A DNA stretch of 63,790 bases, counting the filler, from Lama guanicoe (lineage: Eukaryota): NCBI GenBank assembly GCA_013239625.1. It is 78 parts of 76 records of this genome, joined end to end, with 100 filler letters (N's around TTAATTAATTAA, not from the genome) between each part and the next. Parts side by side here need not be neighbours in the genome. Positions count along the whole stretch, not along the records: positions 60,638 to 61,700 come from MU054356.1; positions 61,801 to 62,605 come from MU054359.1; positions 62,706 to 63,401 come from MU054360.1; positions 63,502 to 63,790 come from MU054363.1; 74 more parts are not named here. One strand, written 5' to 3'. The notes under the pieces are model-generated. The model was not told where the DNA came from, did not search any database, and saw only the letters and a list, made by a program, of their open reading frames with translations. This document shows positions 60,638 through 63,790 of this stretch, piece by piece. Both the position numbers and the translations under genes were made by a program. Position 1 is the stretch's first letter; each line of letters opens with the position of its first letter.

Positions 60638-61700
60638 AGCTCTCTTAAATCACAGGTGTTCCCTGAACGGGGAAGTCCGAGAAATAAATTCTCTGACCTT
60701 GGGGAGGCAGACTCTGCCACTGGGATTTCCTGCAATCCCCCCTAGCATTCCCTGGCACAGTGACAATAGGAAAAAACCCAGCGGAGAATAGCTTAAGCAT
60801 TCCGGTAGAACCCACGCGCTGCCGACCGTTGGTGGAACCTCCACACGCTCAGGATTCCGGAACCATTCTCAGTGCGTGGGGAGCTCGAGAGACAACTCAA
60901 CAGGTGTTCCCTGTTAGGGGGAATTCTGAGAAATACCTTCCCTGAACTTGGGGAGGCAGCCTCTGTCACTGGGATTTCCTGCAAACCCCCCTAGCATTCC
61001 CTGGCACACAGACATAAGGAAAAAACCCAGGGGAGACTAGCTTAGGCATTCCGATAGAACCCACGCGCTGCCGATCATTGGTGGAACCTCCCCCTCTCAG
61101 GGTTCCGGAACTAGTGTTAGTGTTTGGGGGAGCTCGAGAGACAACTCCACGCAGCTCTCTTCATTCACAGGTGTTCCCTGAACGGGGAAGTCCGAGAAAT
61201 GCCTTCCCTGAACTTGGGGAGGCAGCGTCTGTCACTGGGATTGCCTGCAAACCCCACTAGCATTCACTGGCACAGAGACATTAGGAAAAAACCCAGGGGA
61301 GTCGAGCTTAGGNNNNNNNNNNNNNNNNNNNNNNNNNNNNNNNNNNNNNNNNNNNNNNNNNNNNNNNNNNNNNNNNNNNNNNNNNNNNNNNNNNNNNNNN
61401 NNNNNNNNNNNNNNNNNNNNNNNNNNNNNNNNNNNNNNNNNNNNNNNNNNNNNNNNNNNNNNNNNNNNNNNNNNNNNNNNNNNNNNNNNNNNNNNNNNNN
61501 NNNNNNNNNNNNNNNNNNNNNNNNNNNNNNNNNNNNNNNNNNNNNNNNNNNNNNNNNNNNNNNNNNNNNNNNNNNNNNNNNNNNNNNNNNNNNNNNNNNN
61601 NNNNNNNNNNNNNNNNNNNTTGGTGGAACCTCCCCACGCTCAGGATACCGAAACCATTGTCAGTGCATGGGGGAGCTCGAGAAACAACTCCACGCAGCTC
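60638..61700 (+). repeat. 266-267-bp satellite array (gap 61313..61619)
   Basis: caggtgttccctg at 60653, 60901 and 61168. Periods are 248 (a ~19-bp deletion) and 267. Confidence 0.97.
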
Positions 61701-62392
61701 NNNNNNNNNNNNNNNNNNNNNNNNNNNNNNNNNNNNNNNNNNNNTTAATTAATTAANNNNNNNNNNNNNNNNNNNNNNNNNNNNNNNNNNNNNNNNNNNN
61801 ACTAATAACTATACTGTCTTATTATTAATTTACTTATTAGAATCAGAGCGTGGACCAGAGGAGACAGTGATATTGCAAATATTTAATGTAGGTTTATGCA
61901 CACTACATAACTTCTGCCCCTTCTAACCTTCACACAGGAAGTATCAAAGAGGTAATAGCCCCTTGGTTGGGGTGGTCATATACAGTAACCAAACTGCAAT
62001 CTAAATTGTGTGGACTAGNNNNNNNNNNNNNNNNNNNNNNNNNNNNNNNNNNNNNNNNNNNNNNNNNNNNNNNNNNNNNNNNNNNNNNNNNNNNNNNNNN
62101 NNNNNNNNNNNNNNNNNNNNNNNNNNNNNNNNNNNNNNNNNNNNNNNNNNNNNNNNNNNNNNNNNNNNNNNNNNNNNNNNNNNNNNNNNNNNNNNNNNNN
62201 NNNNNNNNNNNNNNNNNNNNNNNNNNNNNNNNNNNNNNNNNNNNNNNNNNNNNNNNNNNNNNNNNNNNNNNNNNNNNNNNNNNNNNNNNNNNNNNNNNNN
62301 NNNNNNNNNNNNNNNNNNNNNNNNNNNNNNNNNNNNNNNNNNNNNNNNNNNNNNNNNNNNNNNNNNNNNNNNNNNNNNNNNNNNNCCATTAC

Positions 62393-62448
62393 CAAGAAAA
62401 GAGCCCACTTGCAGTAGGAGATCTGTGTCTGAACAACAGTGGTTGTTC
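62393..62448 (-). CDS. Candidate 56-bp internal exon (unidentified gene)
   Basis: Minus strand tgtttctgttgtAG|GAACAACC...TTTTCTTG|GTaatg. Open in all three frames, for example (G)TTTVVQTQISYCKWALFL. Confidence 0.4.
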
Positions 62449-62862
62449 CTACAACAGAAACATCAAGCTTTAAACTTGTCAGCTGAATTATGATGGTGAC
62501 TATTTTATTGCTTAAATTAGCAGTCTGGGGTTTAGATCGGTTGCTTCAGCAGCTAATTTCCAGCTCACTTATCAGACAGTGGGTCTTACCGTGATCATCT
62601 TAACANNNNNNNNNNNNNNNNNNNNNNNNNNNNNNNNNNNNNNNNNNNNTTAATTAATTAANNNNNNNNNNNNNNNNNNNNNNNNNNNNNNNNNNNNNNN
62701 NNNNNCGTCTCTAGAGCGCACTCCGCCTCTAGTGTGTCGTCTGTCTGACTGCCTCCATGACTGCTTATCTACTGGAGGAGGGGAGAGGCTACTCTATGTG
62801 GGTGTCTGTCTGTTGATCTAACGGAGAAGACGACGACTAGTCTGTCTCTATATTTCCCTGCC

Positions 62863-62870
62863 TATCTACA

Positions 62871-62917
<47 letters not shown>
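62863..62917. repeat. (TATC)n tetranucleotide microsatellite
   Basis: About 11 perfect TATC units plus degenerate flank. Confidence 0.95.
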
Positions 62918-63046
62918 GTACTGGAGGCATAGGAGCAGGCTACTGTGTCTTTTTATCTGTCTGTCAGGAGGAGTAATTTATATGTGTGTTCCTAAATGGA
63001 GGAAGAGGGTAGAGTTTCTGTCTGTCTATTTATATTTCTGTCTGTC

Positions 63047-63136
63047 TGTCTAATGGAGGAATCCTCCCAAGACTCATCCGACCTGGGGTGGGATGTCTAA
63101 TGGAGGAATCCTCCCAAGACTCATCCGACCTGGGGG
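63047..63136. repeat. Tandem duplication, period 47 bp
   Basis: tgtctaatggaggaatcctcccaagactcatccgacctgggg at 63047 and 63094. Confidence 0.92.
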
Positions 63137-63529
63137 GGATGCCAATTGCCACACTGAATCAGCAGGGGGCGCCCCCAGAGCATGCTGCGGAGTACACTGG
63201 GTGGAAATTCACAGGCTTGCCTGGGCAGCCCGTGCCCCCCCGCATTCGCCATCTCTGCAGCCGCCCCGGCCACGCCACCCCCCCGCCCCCTGACCACCCC
63301 GCTACCGCATCCCGGGTGCAGGCCTACATGTGCATCTCCTGTACCTAGAGTAGCAGAGACCGACTCCAGGACCGACCAAAGAGGAGATGGGAGCAGAGCA
63401 ANNNNNNNNNNNNNNNNNNNNNNNNNNNNNNNNNNNNNNNNNNNNTTAATTAATTAANNNNNNNNNNNNNNNNNNNNNNNNNNNNNNNNNNNNNNNNNNN
63501 NAAAAAAAAAAAAAAAAGTAGCTCGAGAG

Positions 63530-63790
63530 CTAAGCATATAATTTTCAGAATGCAGAAAATCAAAGATAAAGGAGAAATCCTGAAAGAAGCCAGAGAAGGG
63601 AAAATATTTTGTTGAGGAGCAAAGATAGAAATTACAACTGATTTATCCTCAGAAAATATGCAAAGACAGAGAGAATAGAGTAAAATATTTACTGTCGAGA
63701 GAAAAAAAAACAAACCTGAATTCTGTACCCTGTGAAATTAGCCATCAAAAATGAAAGAGAAATACTTTCTCAAACAAAAACTGAGGGAAT
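63530..63790 (+). mobile_element. Old L1 (L1M-type) ORF1 fragment
   Basis: gcagaaaatcaaagataaaggagaaatcctgaaagaagccagag...aattacaactgatttatcctcagaaaatatgcaa...gaattctgtaccctgtgaaatta...aaaaatgaaagagaaat. Confidence 0.8.

Noticed and set aside
5712..62493. Long ORFs of 140-320 aa in the track
   Set aside because: Mostly X residues from reading through N gaps. Only the L1 parts of 8767..9678 are meaningful.
626..63457. Regularly recurring palindromic TTAATTAATTAA as a CRISPR-like or biological repeat array
   Set aside because: Always embedded in fixed N padding, 'spacers' are hundreds of bp of unrelated mammalian DNA, and there are no cas genes. It is a synthetic linker.

Overview
This is not a contiguous locus. 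It is an artificial concatenation of about 78 short, unplaced mammalian scaffolds (roughly 85-1450 bp, many with internal N gaps). They are joined by an identical synthetic 100-bp spacer, 44 N + TTAATTAATTAA + 44 N, which has stop codons in all six frames; I count about 77 copies by hand. Neighbouring pieces have no biological linkage, and nearly all long ORFs in the track are N read-through or simple-repeat artefacts. The repeats (short tRNA-derived SINEs, young L1 3' ends, no Alu/B1/BovA/PRE/CAN SINEs) fit a camelid, probably alpaca-like, genome; that is inference. The content is typical of hard-to-assemble DNA. There are three satellite families: a 7-bp-period TTCTRTA-type satellite (11 pieces), a 266-267-bp GC-rich satellite (4 pieces plus a diverged relative), and a ~247-bp satellite (3 pieces). 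There are also L1 fragments (ORF1, endonuclease, RT, 3'UTR), two paralogous ERV1 internal segments, LTRs, MIR/L2 and microsatellites. Gene-like pieces are an OR2C3-like olfactory receptor fragment broken at an L1 junction, a 36-bp Pro/Glu/Ala coding-like repeat beside it, a duplicated exon-like sequence with a conserved splice donor, and a few isolated candidate exons. I found no complete gene and no support for a new multi-gene system.
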